This document shows positions 34,525 to 46,310 of a stretch of DNA of 50,099 nt, piece after piece (positions within the stretch are counted from its first letter, which is position 1; the number at the start of each line of letters is the position of its first letter). Both the position numbers and the translations under genes were made by a program. Origin of the DNA: Catajapyx aquilonaris. Taxonomy: Eukaryota. Under the pieces are notes generated by a model. That model saw only the letters and a program-made list of their open reading frames with translations, was not told where the DNA came from and ran no database searches. The DNA lies in contig JYFJ02002822.1 of NCBI GenBank assembly GCA_000934665.2, positions 1 to 50,099 on the forward strand. Reading direction: 5' to 3'.

Positions 34525-35509
34525 AACCTACCTTGATATTAGGTAACCAAAATTTAAGAAATCTCATGTTTTGTTACTGGCTCTAATATAAATTAGGTCA
34601 ACTGAAAATAAAGGAGTCAAGCTTACACTGCCAAGGTCATGATAAAGTGATGGTAGCATATAGGCCTCATATATGGATCCAATGATAGCACATTTAGGCA
34701 GCCTCTTTTTCATTCTGTAGGGAGCTTTTCTACAGGCAACCAGGTGCCCAGGCTATCTTATCAAATCAAAAATGCTAACTGTGGCTTTAACTACAAGACT
34801 GCAGGGTCCCTGCGTTCAAATTATAATAAGGTCAAGCTCCAAATCAAGCAAATATCACATAGACTGATAGTGGAATCATTGTTGACAGATTCAGGCAAGC
34901 CTGCGGAAACTGGATAACTTATATAGAAAACTCATCCTTCACCTAACATTGGCTAGGGCAGACCATTTCTTGGCCCCTGTCGTGCAGTGCTCCTTTATCT
35001 TCACGTTTGAACAATAAAAACCAATTTTCATCATATTATTATAATCAACTTCAGATAAAAATTATCGTGGGCCACTGCAAAATCGATCAAAAGATGGAGA
35101 TGTAATGGTTTCAATGCAAAATCATCAGCATATTTTTCAGCGATATAGGGCTAGTTCAATCTTTCAGTACATATAGTACATTGCAGTTCCTTCTGCTATA
35201 CAATCAGTATTCAGTACAGTGCTCCTATGCATTATCTATTAACCTGTCTTAACAAAATCAGGTTGGATTTTCTTCACCACACAAAGTATGATCAAAATGC
35301 TCATAATATTTGTGCAACGTTGTATTGGTGGCATCATGCGCGCGTTGCTGTCAACCCAACCCCAACCCAAAATGAGTTACCCAATGCATTTCCCTAACCA
35401 CACACACATACGTACACCAACGCAATGTGTCAGCCTGGGAAGCATTTCGAGCCGGCAGCGGCATCGGCATGATTTGTACCGAACCCAGAGATAGAACTTC
35501 CGCTACTTT

Positions 35510-36010
35510 ACCTGGGCAGAGAGCATATTGCATATACTACATAAGAGGCGCAAACATTCGATTCGCGCGTCTCTCTGTTTGGGACGGTTTGGGACGTTGC
35601 CAAGGCTGGTGGCCATTTTGAAAAGGGACCCACGCCAACGAGGTATAAATAGGGTACAGGCAGGCCGTAAAGGTCGGCCATCTTTGATGGTTTTGGCAGC
35701 CATGGCACTTCACGGCAAGAACACGCGCGAATTTGAATATTTTTGCCGTATGAGCTCCTTGCACTTTTCTACGTATTAATTCCGTAAGTGCGGCGAAAAT
35801 ATTCAAATTCGCGCGTGTTCTTGCCGTGAAGTGCCATGGCCGCCAAAACCATCAAAGATGGCGAACCTTTACGGCGGCCTACCTGTACCCTATTTATATA
35901 CCTCGTTGGCGTGGGCCCCTTTTCAAAATGGCCGCCAGCGTTGGCAACGCCCCAAACAGAGACGCCCGAATCAAATGTTTGCGCCTCTTATGTAGTGCTC
36001 CCTGCCCTGG
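35510..36010. mobile_element. Foldback MITE (~240-bp arms)
   Basis: ACTACATAAGAGGCGCAAACAT / ATGTTTGCGCCTCTTATGTAGT. Confidence 0.8.
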
Positions 36011-37144
36011 ACGCGTAGCCAGCTAAAGAGAAATCGCGCAAACACTGTAACCCGCTTCCCGGGAGTCCCATGCACCCACCCACCCACCCCAGTACGCGGC
36101 TGCCACCCTAGCCAACCCCTCAAAGGGGAAGAGGCTCTGCCCGTTCTGCCCACTAAATGGGCGTTCAGACAGAAAAGCTGGTGACAAAACAAACAAAACG
36201 AACCAAAATGTGGGCGAGGTGGGTTCACAGTGAAACAGCCCCCCTGCAACTCATATGATACGATAAGGTGCTTAGAGAGTCTCCACCACCCAGGATTTGG
36301 CGCTGGCGTCGCTCCAGTGGGCCCCCAGGCGCACTTGGGCAGATGGCGGCGAATCTACAGACGGGGGCTGAGGGCATCAAATTAATAGTCCGGGTGCTAA
36401 GTGTTTGAACTTTGCATTTTCTGACAAAAGTATGAAACTCGATACATTTGTTATTTGGACACTTCTCATCATATCTTGACGTGAGGCCATGATGACCAAT
36501 CCCGGTGTAGGTCACTTTCGCAGGGTTGCCATAACTACCAGGGGCAGCATCCTGTAGGACCTTGTATTCGGTGACAAAAACATGAAACTTGCCGCAATTG
36601 GTATTTGGACACTTCTGAACATGTCTAGAAGTGGGGCCATGATGACTGCCCCCGCTGTGGGTCACTCGCAGGACGCGGCGGAGCCAGGATGTTCGTAAGG
36701 GGGGGGGGGGGNGGGGGGGTATGCGAGGAAAGAGCGCTGGAGGAGAAATTTTTGTTGTTGATCAAGGTCACACAAGCTTAGGTGAATGTAACTGACAACG
36801 TACAGTGGAATCATCCTATACAGTAGGCAATACTGTAAGCACATCGGATATATGCAAGTAGAAATAGGCGGTCCCTTCATATTTCCAGGATTCCAGCAGT
36901 GCCAATGTACAAGTACAGTTGAATCCGGATATAACAGACTTGCCTGTTATTTTCTGATTGCACAAATCCTTATTCAGGACGGCACAAATTGTGTAATACT
37001 TCACGCTACAGTAAGCCCTTTATGCGCACTTTTTAGAAAATTATATGATCTATACCGCTGACGGCCCAAGTGAAAACCCTGTATCTCAGCCATTTGTCAT
37101 TTCGCGATATTCGCGTTTGAAGTTTTTTGTTTCCATTATTATCG

Positions 37145-37725
37145 TAGTAAAACTTCTATAAGTCGAATCTCCATGGGACCGGAAAAACTTCAAGTTATAT
37201 AAGATTCGAGTTAGAGAAGTTTGTATTTTTTTTAAACACAGAACTCTATATGGAAGCCTGCCATTATATCCAGCGACGAAAGGTGTTCAACACTTTTAAA
37301 AACAGTGTCACTATATCACATCTACAATGTTCCTCGTTGTTTTGTTGTAAAAAAAATCTCCGTTATGGACATTTGCCTGCTCTTAGATTCATGAAGGCTT
37401 CAATTGTCACAATCGAGTCAAACCCTTCTTTCGGTACGTCTGGTAGACGGAGATCAGGAAATTGAGCCTTTCTGTACATGTGACCTACTTTCGACCCTTC
37501 GGCTGGGAATTTAATGAGGAAATTTTCCGTACTCGCCAACGTGAACTACGACTTAGGTAGACTGAAAATGCATTGATATCGCATCGAAAGGCCCTGCCAG
37601 AACTTCGAGTTATAGGAATTCGAGTTAGGGAAGTTTAAATCCTGTTATTTTACATTGTGACCAACCAAGCTCATCATTTTCTTCCACGTTTAGAGAACTT
37701 CGACTCAGGGAAGTTTTACATATAG
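37145..37725 (+). mobile_element. MITE family A, copy 4
   Basis: homology to 4729-5310. Confidence 0.85.
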
Positions 37726-37755
37726 AAGTGCGTGATTTCAATTGACCAAAACATT

Positions 37756-38070
37756 ACCGAAGCAGTGGTGGCGGAGGGGATATGGTATCCGACTGCTAAT
37801 CGGGAGGTCCTGGGTTCGAATCCCGATGCCGGCAACTCTAACCGAGGTTTTCTGTGGTTTCCGACGGTTCCTCCAGGAGAATTCCGGAATTGTTTCCTAA
37901 ACTAATAGGCCACAGCCGCCTCCTTCCTTTCCTATCCTATCCCAAAAAGCGCAGTAAAAACGAAACGAAGAGTACCAGTCAAAACAAAAAAAATACCCCC
38001 CCCCCCCCTAAAGAGCCGCCGGCTGATAACGGGGTATGAATTATTATTATCAATATTATTATTTTTGTTG

Positions 38071-38135
<65 letters not shown>
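37756..38135 (+). mobile_element. Full-length tRNA-headed SINE with long (ATT)n tail
   Basis: A/B boxes; 15-bp TSD ATTGACCAAAACATT. Confidence 0.9.
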
Positions 38136-38138
<3 letters not shown>

Positions 38139-38615
38139 GACCAAAACATTGCTGGGGTTGCTCCTACAGTTACGGGCAAGTTTGTACCAAAAGGTGTGGC
38201 ATCTATCTCCATTTACGTGATTTTCGAAGATACGGGGTTTTCACTTGGACCGTCAGACCGGTACTTTACCGGCATCATTAGGGTATTACCGGTAGAAATG
38301 GACTTGTCAGAGGGAGAGAAAATAATCTCGCTCCTACAGTATGAAGAAATAGAATATAAATCGTCACATGCAATATTATTGCCGCCCCCTCCACCCGCCA
38401 CATTGTACACATTCCCCACCTTCCAGGCTTGAGAAAAATCACATTCATCATATTTGTAATATACGAGCAGTGGATGCATGGAAAGAACACATTTGCCAAA
38501 CCAGGCACAACACGGTTTTGTCGGCTCATTTTGGAATGTCCGGGCCAAAAGGCAAAGTTATTTTGGCCTATTACACCAGCTGCTGCGGTCTCAAACCACG
38601 ACCCGGACCGTCCGA

Positions 38616-38752
38616 CCCAAGGGGTTATTCACTTACATTTTTTGCGTACACGGACTACTGGACTACCACCCCACTACCGGACTACCCTTCGGACTACCTT
38701 CGGACTACCCACGAAGGTGTACACGTACTACCCTTAGTGAATAACCCCTTGG
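38616..38752. mobile_element. Small TIR element with internal GGACTAC repeats
   Basis: CCCAAGGGGTTATTCACT / AGTGAATAACCCCTTGGG. Confidence 0.65.
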
Positions 38753-38939
38753 GATAGAATACTTAAAATGCAAACATGTGAAGATATCACATATATGCTC
38801 AGATGTCTATTTATCAGTATAAAAACTACAGTGAATAAGACTTTTTAAAAAATGTAAAAGTGTGCCATCTAGCCCCGGTCTCCCCTACTGTATAAGTACT
38901 AGTAATACTGCCGGCGCGGCGTGTATAGTCGGTTAAAGG

Positions 38940-39075
38940 AGTATCTTACCAGACCAGACCGAGAGATTAGCCTCCAACAGAGGTGCTGCCTCCCCCTCAT
39001 GCAATAACTCGCACTCCCCCAGGCAGCACCTCTGTTGGAGGCTAATCTCTCGGTATGGTCTGGTAAGACTGGTAC
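38940..39075. mobile_element. Hairpin MITE
   Basis: ~45-bp near-perfect arms (TCTTACCAGACC...GGTGCTGCCT). Confidence 0.7.
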
Positions 39076-39459
39076 TGTACGTAGCCTCCACCCTACTGAA
39101 ATGTCCCAATACAATACGAAGTCATCATTCCCCCTGTATCCCCGGGGGATACTTTATAAGCGCCCCTCCCACCGAGCCTCCCACGGATAGTACCGGTACC
39201 AAACCATAATATACCGTACGTTTTTAAACATATTACCGGTACTGTAGGCCTATATGCAATTGCATATGACAGTTTAATATGACAGTTTAATATGTATAAT
39301 TTTACTAAGACACCAACAAAAATCATTAACAATAATAAGTCATAACAACACCGTACTCTACTGAAATAAAAATGACCCCACCCAGGCAGGCGGTCATGAG
39401 GAAAAATTTATGAACTTCAGTTTTTAAATTTTAATAGTTACGGTACAGAAAACTATTTT

Positions 39460-39600
39460 TACCTTAACTACTTCCTCGTTACCTAAGCGCCATACAGAGA
39501 CTATACTCGTAAATCGTAATTACGGCAGCCATACCCCTTCATTGTGAGAGAGACGCATGCGCAAAAGAAGGACCGTCTAAAAAACTACACCCCGTAGCTG
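39460..39600 (-). promoter_or_regulatory. Candidate ATF7IP promoter / non-coding first exon
   Basis: CpG-rich unique DNA; NRF1/Ewg-type TGCGCATGCGT at ~39553-39563; minus-strand donors AAG|GTAAAA (~39462) and TAG|GTAACG (~39482); a further UTR donor GAG|GTAAGT at 34101/34100. Confidence 0.45.
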
Positions 39601-40364
39601 CATGATCCAGGCAAGACCGGTAGATCAGAACCTGGGTAGTCTCCCTCCGGGGAGGAGCTAGGCGGAAAAGAGCAGGACTCGCGCCACACAACGGAGGTCA
39701 CGGCGTCGATTTTTATTCCAGGCCAGCCAGACTCCCGAATTTTCCCCACACCATGCCACAGCAGATTCATACCATCGCCGCGCCGTTCGCATGGCGGCGC
39801 TGCCATCCCACCCTGTAATTTCTTGTTTATTTTTCATCTCTCCAGACAATATTCCAGCAATATTCACAAATCACAACAATACTTATGGTAACCTTGTACT
39901 TATTGCTTGGTCATCGATTATCACGCGTAAGTGTATTTATCACACTTCAGTGCCAGTAGACAGTCTACGAGTCACACATGACGTCACTCAGCTGACAAAT
40001 CGATACCTACGTTGCCACTTCGCGTCCACAAATTGGCATCAATTTTCTCCTAGAAAGTTTTGTCAAGTTCATCAAACTGCTGAAAAACACATTTATTCGC
40101 ATCCATAGCTGCACACACAAAAAAAATAGCGAAGGCCACAATATGGCAGCATGGCATCCCCTACTACACATTGTCAGCGCCGCGCCGCCGCATCACAAAA
40201 CTAGAACTACTGCATATCGTGGACCGCTAACTAAACAAAATTCGCACACACATAGTATGTCGGTGATGACGTGGCCAGGAATGCGCCTAATTTTCGTTGG
40301 AAATATATTTAGACCCTGTTTGAATAGTGGGCTCTTCTGGCCAAGACCACATAAAATGCGCTTG

Positions 40365-40438
40365 GGCCTCCGCTGGGAATCGAACCCAGGTCTGCACTCA
40401 TAGACACGAGTGCCGTTCTGCCACTGAACTACGGAGAC
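40365..40438 (-). ncRNA. Stand-alone tRNA-like cloverleaf with 10-nt anticodon loop (tRNA-derived ncRNA or pseudogene)
   Basis: GTCTCCG TA GTTC AGTGGCA GAAC G GCACT CGTGTCTATG AGTGC AGAC CTGGG TTCGATT CCCAG CGGAGGC C; A and B boxes intact; T4 run 9 nt downstream. Confidence 0.7.
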
Positions 40439-40696
40439 TTGGTATGTACGTGGTCCGTTCATAGGCGCGCGCTTATGCACGCCAGGCCTAGCGTGCGACC
40501 CAAGACAGTTGGTAAGCCTTGGTCACGCCCTCCGCGCTCCCACCGCCACCCCAAAGTTGTCCAACTGACAACGCCGCCTCAGGGTTTCGTACCCGCCGCG
40601 CCGGTACCCGCAATGAATCGTACTTGTCACCTACAGTTGCGGTATTGACGACTCTAGTCAACTCAGTTTTTACATTGCATTGTGCCACCACTGCTG

Positions 40697-40697
40697 A

Positions 40698-40763
<66 letters not shown>

Positions 40764-41000
40764 TGCATGAAAATATTTTAGTTGAGGCAGAGATTCAGAA
40801 ATACCCTCAGTTTCACCGGGGATCGTCCATTTTCAGAGCTGAGCCTCCCTCCCCTACAGCAAAATGAGTCTCGCCCGAGTCCCGACCGCAACGTTGGCAA
40901 CCCTCAAATTCCCCCTCCTCGCAACACCAAGGGTACCGGGATTCGAACCGGGTCCAGAAAGTCGTCTGGCCAGTTTCACCGATGCCACTAGCTCCGCCGA
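40697..41000 (-). mobile_element. Probable SINE with (TAA)n tail
   Basis: B box GGTTCGAATCCC near 40940; (ATT)n at 40697-40762; no TSD found. Confidence 0.55.
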
Positions 41001-42730
41001 CTTTGATCCAACCTGTCTATAACGTACTAACCGCGCAATATTTTTCTGAGCACTAATCTTCCGTATTTACCCTACATTTACCTGTACATAACGGAACATT
41101 GCATACAACGGAAACTACCCCGTTGCGGAATTTTTGTTAGGTCCAGGCGCAGAATATATGTAGTTTTGTCGCACATAACGGAAACCTGTTTAGTACGGAA
41201 AATTGGGCGGAACACATCGGCTTTGCTACAGATGCGTTTCAACGCGATCAGAGCATGTAGCAGACCCTGTCTGCAGTCTTACAAATCCTGATGTTACGTT
41301 GGCATCTCTTGATGAAGCCAGCGTTACGCCACGCGCGCGTACGTGCCAACGTCATCACGCCCCGTAACAACTCCCCCTCCCCACCACCCGCCTTCCCCCT
41401 GTCACATCAGCAAAATCCAAAAATCTATTTCATGGCTTCCCTCATGCGATAACTTTTCCTGATCGCTTATATTCGCCTGGTGATCCGCGCCCGCCATCTG
41501 GCGGCACAACATGTAAGGCACTGTGCGTTTGGCGACCAATAGTCCTCCCTCCTAGTGTATACTCCGGACCAGGGACACGGTCAGCTCCGGACAGTCGAAA
41601 AAGACAGATTTCACGGCTCAGAGAAATGGCAACGTTGCGTGAGCGACGTCTGTTCTGCCTAGTGCACGACCAAAGAAACTGCTTCGATTGTTAGAAATGC
41701 CTATATCTGTCCACAAAATAGAGCAAATAAATTATTGAACCTGTGAATGGACTAGTCGACAGAAGAGCTACATGTGTAAGTCAAGGCTACACTGTGAATA
41801 TAAATAATTTTTGTACGCGAATAATGTGCAGTCGGCCATGATGTACTATATCGCACAAAAAGATTGAGACAATTTTGCAATTTCAATGCAAAATTTGACC
41901 ACGGGGCGGAGCGAAATCGTTGCCGGGCAGGGGCCTTTTAAGTAGTAAATCTTACACTGGCATCGCTGATGGTCACATAGTCCAAATCCACTAGTCTCCG
42001 TAACTCCAGCCAGGAATTTCGGCTCCTCATTGGCTCGTTTGGGACCCGCAAGGTTGCCAACATTACTTCACAAGCAGGTCTTCACCTTGTCGCAAAAAAG
42101 TTAAGTCGATCAATTACGAATCATAAGCAGGTACTGTTTGCCGTACCATTTGTCGCATACTAAATACTTCCTGAAGGTAGACATGCGACGGCCGATCAGT
42201 GCCAGGTCTGGACCATGGTCTGGGTCTAACGTTCCTAGTGGTTCCTAGCGCCTCCTGTGGCGAGTTTAAAGTAGAAAACTGCTGGACTGCGAATTTTATT
42301 CTAGGATTTTCGTTATACTGGAATCTACAGGTCAACAATGACTCGATTTTTCATTGCATTCTTAGGAGCGATTTCCACAAAAAATGATGCCGGGTTCCCG
42401 GAAAAAGCTATCCTGCAACAGATCCTTTCACTGCCCAATCATTCTTCTAAAACACGAATATACAAGGTGTTGCTGCCCAAATCGACCGGTCCAACAGGAA
42501 ATATGACAGAAGAGTGTCTATTTACTTGTTGTACGCTTCGCGCAGGCGCAAAAACACGACAAACGGTAATGGAAACAATCGACATGTCTAGTTTGGACTA
42601 GGGTTCAAATACGACTCAGCTAAGTGTCTAATCGATGAACCCCTCTTTGGAACGTCATCTTGGGCAGAACAACACCCTAGGACTAATAATAGTAATGTTA
42701 TCAACAGCCATTGTTGATATCATGGAAACA

Positions 42731-42746
42731 GGTTACCATGGTAACC
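42731..42746. promoter_or_regulatory. Perfect palindromic RFX X-box (GGTTACCATGGTAACC)
   Basis: matches GTHNYY-AT-RRNAAC; an adjacent CATGGAAAC half-site lies at 42721-42729. Confidence 0.55.
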
Positions 42747-43019
42747 AAGTCTGGGGAAACGTACAAACGTTGCCTTTTGTAGTAAGAGATCAAGTGGCAT
42801 GGGTGGAAAGATAAAGCCAGGTCAGACACCCCGGTACACTGTCACTCAGGGCTCATGAGTTCAACCTGTAGTCGTTCCCGCAAACTGGCACTCCTTGAAT
42901 CCAGTAAACTAAGTGTCTGTAAAATCATCCAGAAAAATACACGCAAAACAGGGCTCAACTCACCCCACTGCTTAGCCTAGTGTACATTACTTGGCAGACT
43001 GCCAATACTTCAGCACTAA

Positions 43020-43620
43020 GGCATCCGTGACGTCACACATGGCGGACAAGCGACCGCAGCGCCACCACAGCCATTTCATATATCCATGGCAAGGATACCT
43101 ATTATTCAGCCTTCAAAACGTACTGGAGCCACAACTGTTAAGGTACATTGTTGACAACCATTGTTGTGACTTCAAAAGACTATACAAATTCAGCCACCAA
43201 CCTTTGACTCATCGAGGTCGTGCGGCCCAATAATAAAGCCCAACATGGCCAGGAACACAGCGGCAAAATCTTCCCTTATTTCAGGCCCACATCACCACCT
43301 GGCGACCGAACTGCCAGTGAAACAAGCACCCCACCAACCCTCCTCCCCACTCCCTAGAATTATCCCCGTGACGGTCACGTGACACATCCCTATTGGCTAA
43401 CCGGCCTACACATTTCCCTACCCCGGTATGCCCACTTCGGGTCCGCAAAACACGGTACGACAACAAACTTACGTTCTTTAATTACGGTTGGCGCTAAAGT
43501 TAACGTGCCATACTATTACATTACTTGTACAGTCACTACTTTCCGGTGTAGTGCTTTAAAAATATATATCGATTTGAACCCAGCCTGCTGGGACGTAGTG
43601 CGCATGCGCAGGTGTCCGAT
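43020..43620. promoter_or_regulatory. Promoter-like motif cluster
   Basis: CRE TGACGTCA 43028-43035, E-box/CLEAR GTCACGTGAC 43374-43383, inverted CCAAT ~43393, NRF1 TGCGCATGCGCA 43599-43610, CpG-rich. Confidence 0.55.
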
Positions 43621-44303
43621 TCTCGGCCTACCAAGAAGCCTACGGCCGGCATAATAGATTCAGATTCTTAGGTTTGGACTAAACAAATACGGGCCGCGTA
43701 TTGTAATGCTCCGGGAAGTTCGGGTTCTAAGGTTCTAACGTCTTGCTGGACCGTGTTCGGGGCGAGGCTCCGCCTCCCGCGCTGATTGTGTAGGGATGTC
43801 GCCTTTTGATGCTCACTGCAGGCGCATACGCCGCTCCGTCCTCTCATGACTCATCTACTCCCCCTCGGAAAGTTGCGACCCGTCCGCAAGTTTTTGGGTC
43901 TCTCGTGACCTTGACATTGCCTGTCATTTTTCACCCGTATAATAGCCTGAAAGTAACAATGTTGTTGACCGTAACACTATAGTTATGTACGAACAGTTCC
44001 CTACCCGGAACGGCTCAACCCCTAGATGCCACTGGCTAACTGACGTAGCCTCGCACAGGGGTGCGGTAGGCTGGCTCAGCCTGAACGTAAGGCGCTTGTC
44101 GTGTGGCTAAGCTACTTTCTACCCGTACGTTGCACCGTATGCTTCAAGTCTTCCAGTAGCGCGTATTTTCCGTCACCAGTACGTTAGCCTACAACATTAC
44201 GTCACAGCTATCTTTGGCCAACGTACATTTATTGAGACAAAAATTGGCATCACGCGCATTTTGCATAATTCGTGCTCTAAAGTCGACCTTCACTACAGCA
44301 CCT

Positions 44304-44304
<1 letters not shown>

Positions 44305-44365
<61 letters not shown>

Positions 44366-44387
44366 TATTATTATTATTATTATTATT
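44305..44387. repeat. Compound (ATC)n(ATT)n microsatellite
   Basis: direct reading. Confidence 0.9.
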
Positions 44388-45959
44388 GCGCTGGTGCCAA
44401 ATGTACAGAGGTCAGAGTGTAAGAGCATTGCAGGCTGTACGATCAATCGACTCGGCATCGCTATCCGAACGGTGTACAAATCCGGGGAAAGCGGTCACCA
44501 GGATCGAATTGGAACATGGCAACGCCGCCCAACACTCCCCTAGCTTGCACCCTAGCGGCAAGTGCCTTCCTTAAACTCCCTTTTTCTATCATCACTCCCT
44601 GTACCCACAGGCGGGCTTACTACTGTATTTTTATGCTGGCATACAGGATGGGAAGGGCACAGGTTACATTATAGCCTTCATGATTACTCGCCACATTTGT
44701 GGCTTGAAATGTATGTCTTGTAGGAAGCAGCTTGACAGCCATCTTCCTCATATTCCCATGGTCTCCCCCAGATGCAGCTGTGTCAACATGCAAACGGTAC
44801 AGGTCAGCACATTGGGTGGTCATCTTTTCATTTATCAGGCTGAAGTCGATCATAATGGCTACAGATATGTGTTCATGATGCAAATCATCGTCAGGAGTAG
44901 GATTGATAAGTTCTTAGGGGTTAAGACTATCGATAAATATCGTGATTCTCCATGTTGATACTGGTTTGGCATTGTTATGCGATGTATTGGTAATGTAGAA
45001 AGGTAGAAAACTTAACAGAAGCACTTCGGTTCAAGAGCAGTTGGACCTTACGCCAAATCTGTCAATAATATTTGTCTTTGTGGCAATGTTGCATATTACT
45101 TCGTTAGGGACACAGGTACCGCTGCGCTGTGAACATTTTATTTAATGTTGGGGCAAGATTGTTCATATGTGTGAATTTCATGAATGACCGAAACTGAGTC
45201 TCATGCGCTCCAAGAAATCTGATGGGTGGAAGCGGTGTCCTAATGTGAATCTGTCACAGAAAGCAATGGAGGGTTTACAAACCTGAGAGCATGATACCAC
45301 AATTCGAACGAATATCCGGCAAGTACCAACACTAAGGTCAAAAAAATCTTATCGTGGTATCGCACAAACATTCCGAATGGGTGCCGATATCACTTTGTTT
45401 ACACCTTTCAACTACAGGCTATATTTTCAGCCTCTCCTTCGCCCNCCCCCCCCCCCCCCTGCACATGTCCTACCCCATCTTCACTGTTGGCAATGAATGA
45501 ATGAATGAATGCCAGGCGGTATCCCTACAAAAAAGGTGTGCTACCGCGTGTGTCTAGGGGCATCCCAGCAATATGTCTGGTCGTCTACCTCGTCACCGGT
45601 TGGTCCCTCCACATTTCTTCCCCCTATACAGTATAATTATATTTGACAGGTCTAGATTCTTGAACCAAAGAGTACGCTGTTAGCGGACGACATACTAGTA
45701 ACATCCTGTATATAATACAATAGCTACCCCATAATACAGAGTGTTCCAAGTATCAGGGTCGTTTTTAATAAATTGGTCGCCCCTTCTCCATTTCTTCAAG
45801 ATTATGGGATGTCTTCTAGGATAGGATTTGCTGCGAGGCGCCACAATTTTTAGAGGAAGTTGTTCCTAATAATGTAACTTGAACAAGTGAAACAGAGTTT
45901 TATCCTAGCCATTGCGAAAATCCACATTTTTAATTCGCAACTTTGCAATATATCATATT

Positions 45960-46310
45960 GGGGGAGGCACGGTGGCCGAGATGGTAACGTCTCGGATTGC
46001 TATGCGAAAGGTCCCGGGTTCAAATCCCCACCCGGGAACAAACCTTTCGCTTGCGTCATTGGGTCGTGACCCGCGCCTAAGGAGGCGTCTTGGCAACCTG
46101 ACCTCCTGGGGGACTGCACCTGGCCCACCACTGGACAATGCACCTGCACATGTGTTCCCTCCCCAAAATCCCCTACCCTTACCCAATTTCCTAGTATTCC
46201 TTGCACCAGTGATTGAAATAAATACAAGAGAAAACTGTATGGTGGTCTGCCACCCCCCTAAAGCGGCCTAGGGTTGCATCACGGGGTAAATAAAATAATA
46301 AAATAATAAA
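45960..46310 (+). mobile_element. tRNA-headed SINE
   Basis: A/B boxes; 13-bp TSD AATATATCATATT. Confidence 0.9.

Noticed and set aside
37756..37830. SINE heads as functional tRNA genes
   Set aside because: No paired acceptor stem; continuous with SINE body, tail and TSD
43660..43930. Telomerase RNA or snRNA candidate (TTAGGTT; AGTTTTTGG plus hairpin)
   Set aside because: A 7-nt template match is expected by chance; no recognisable snRNA 5' motif or PSE/TATA
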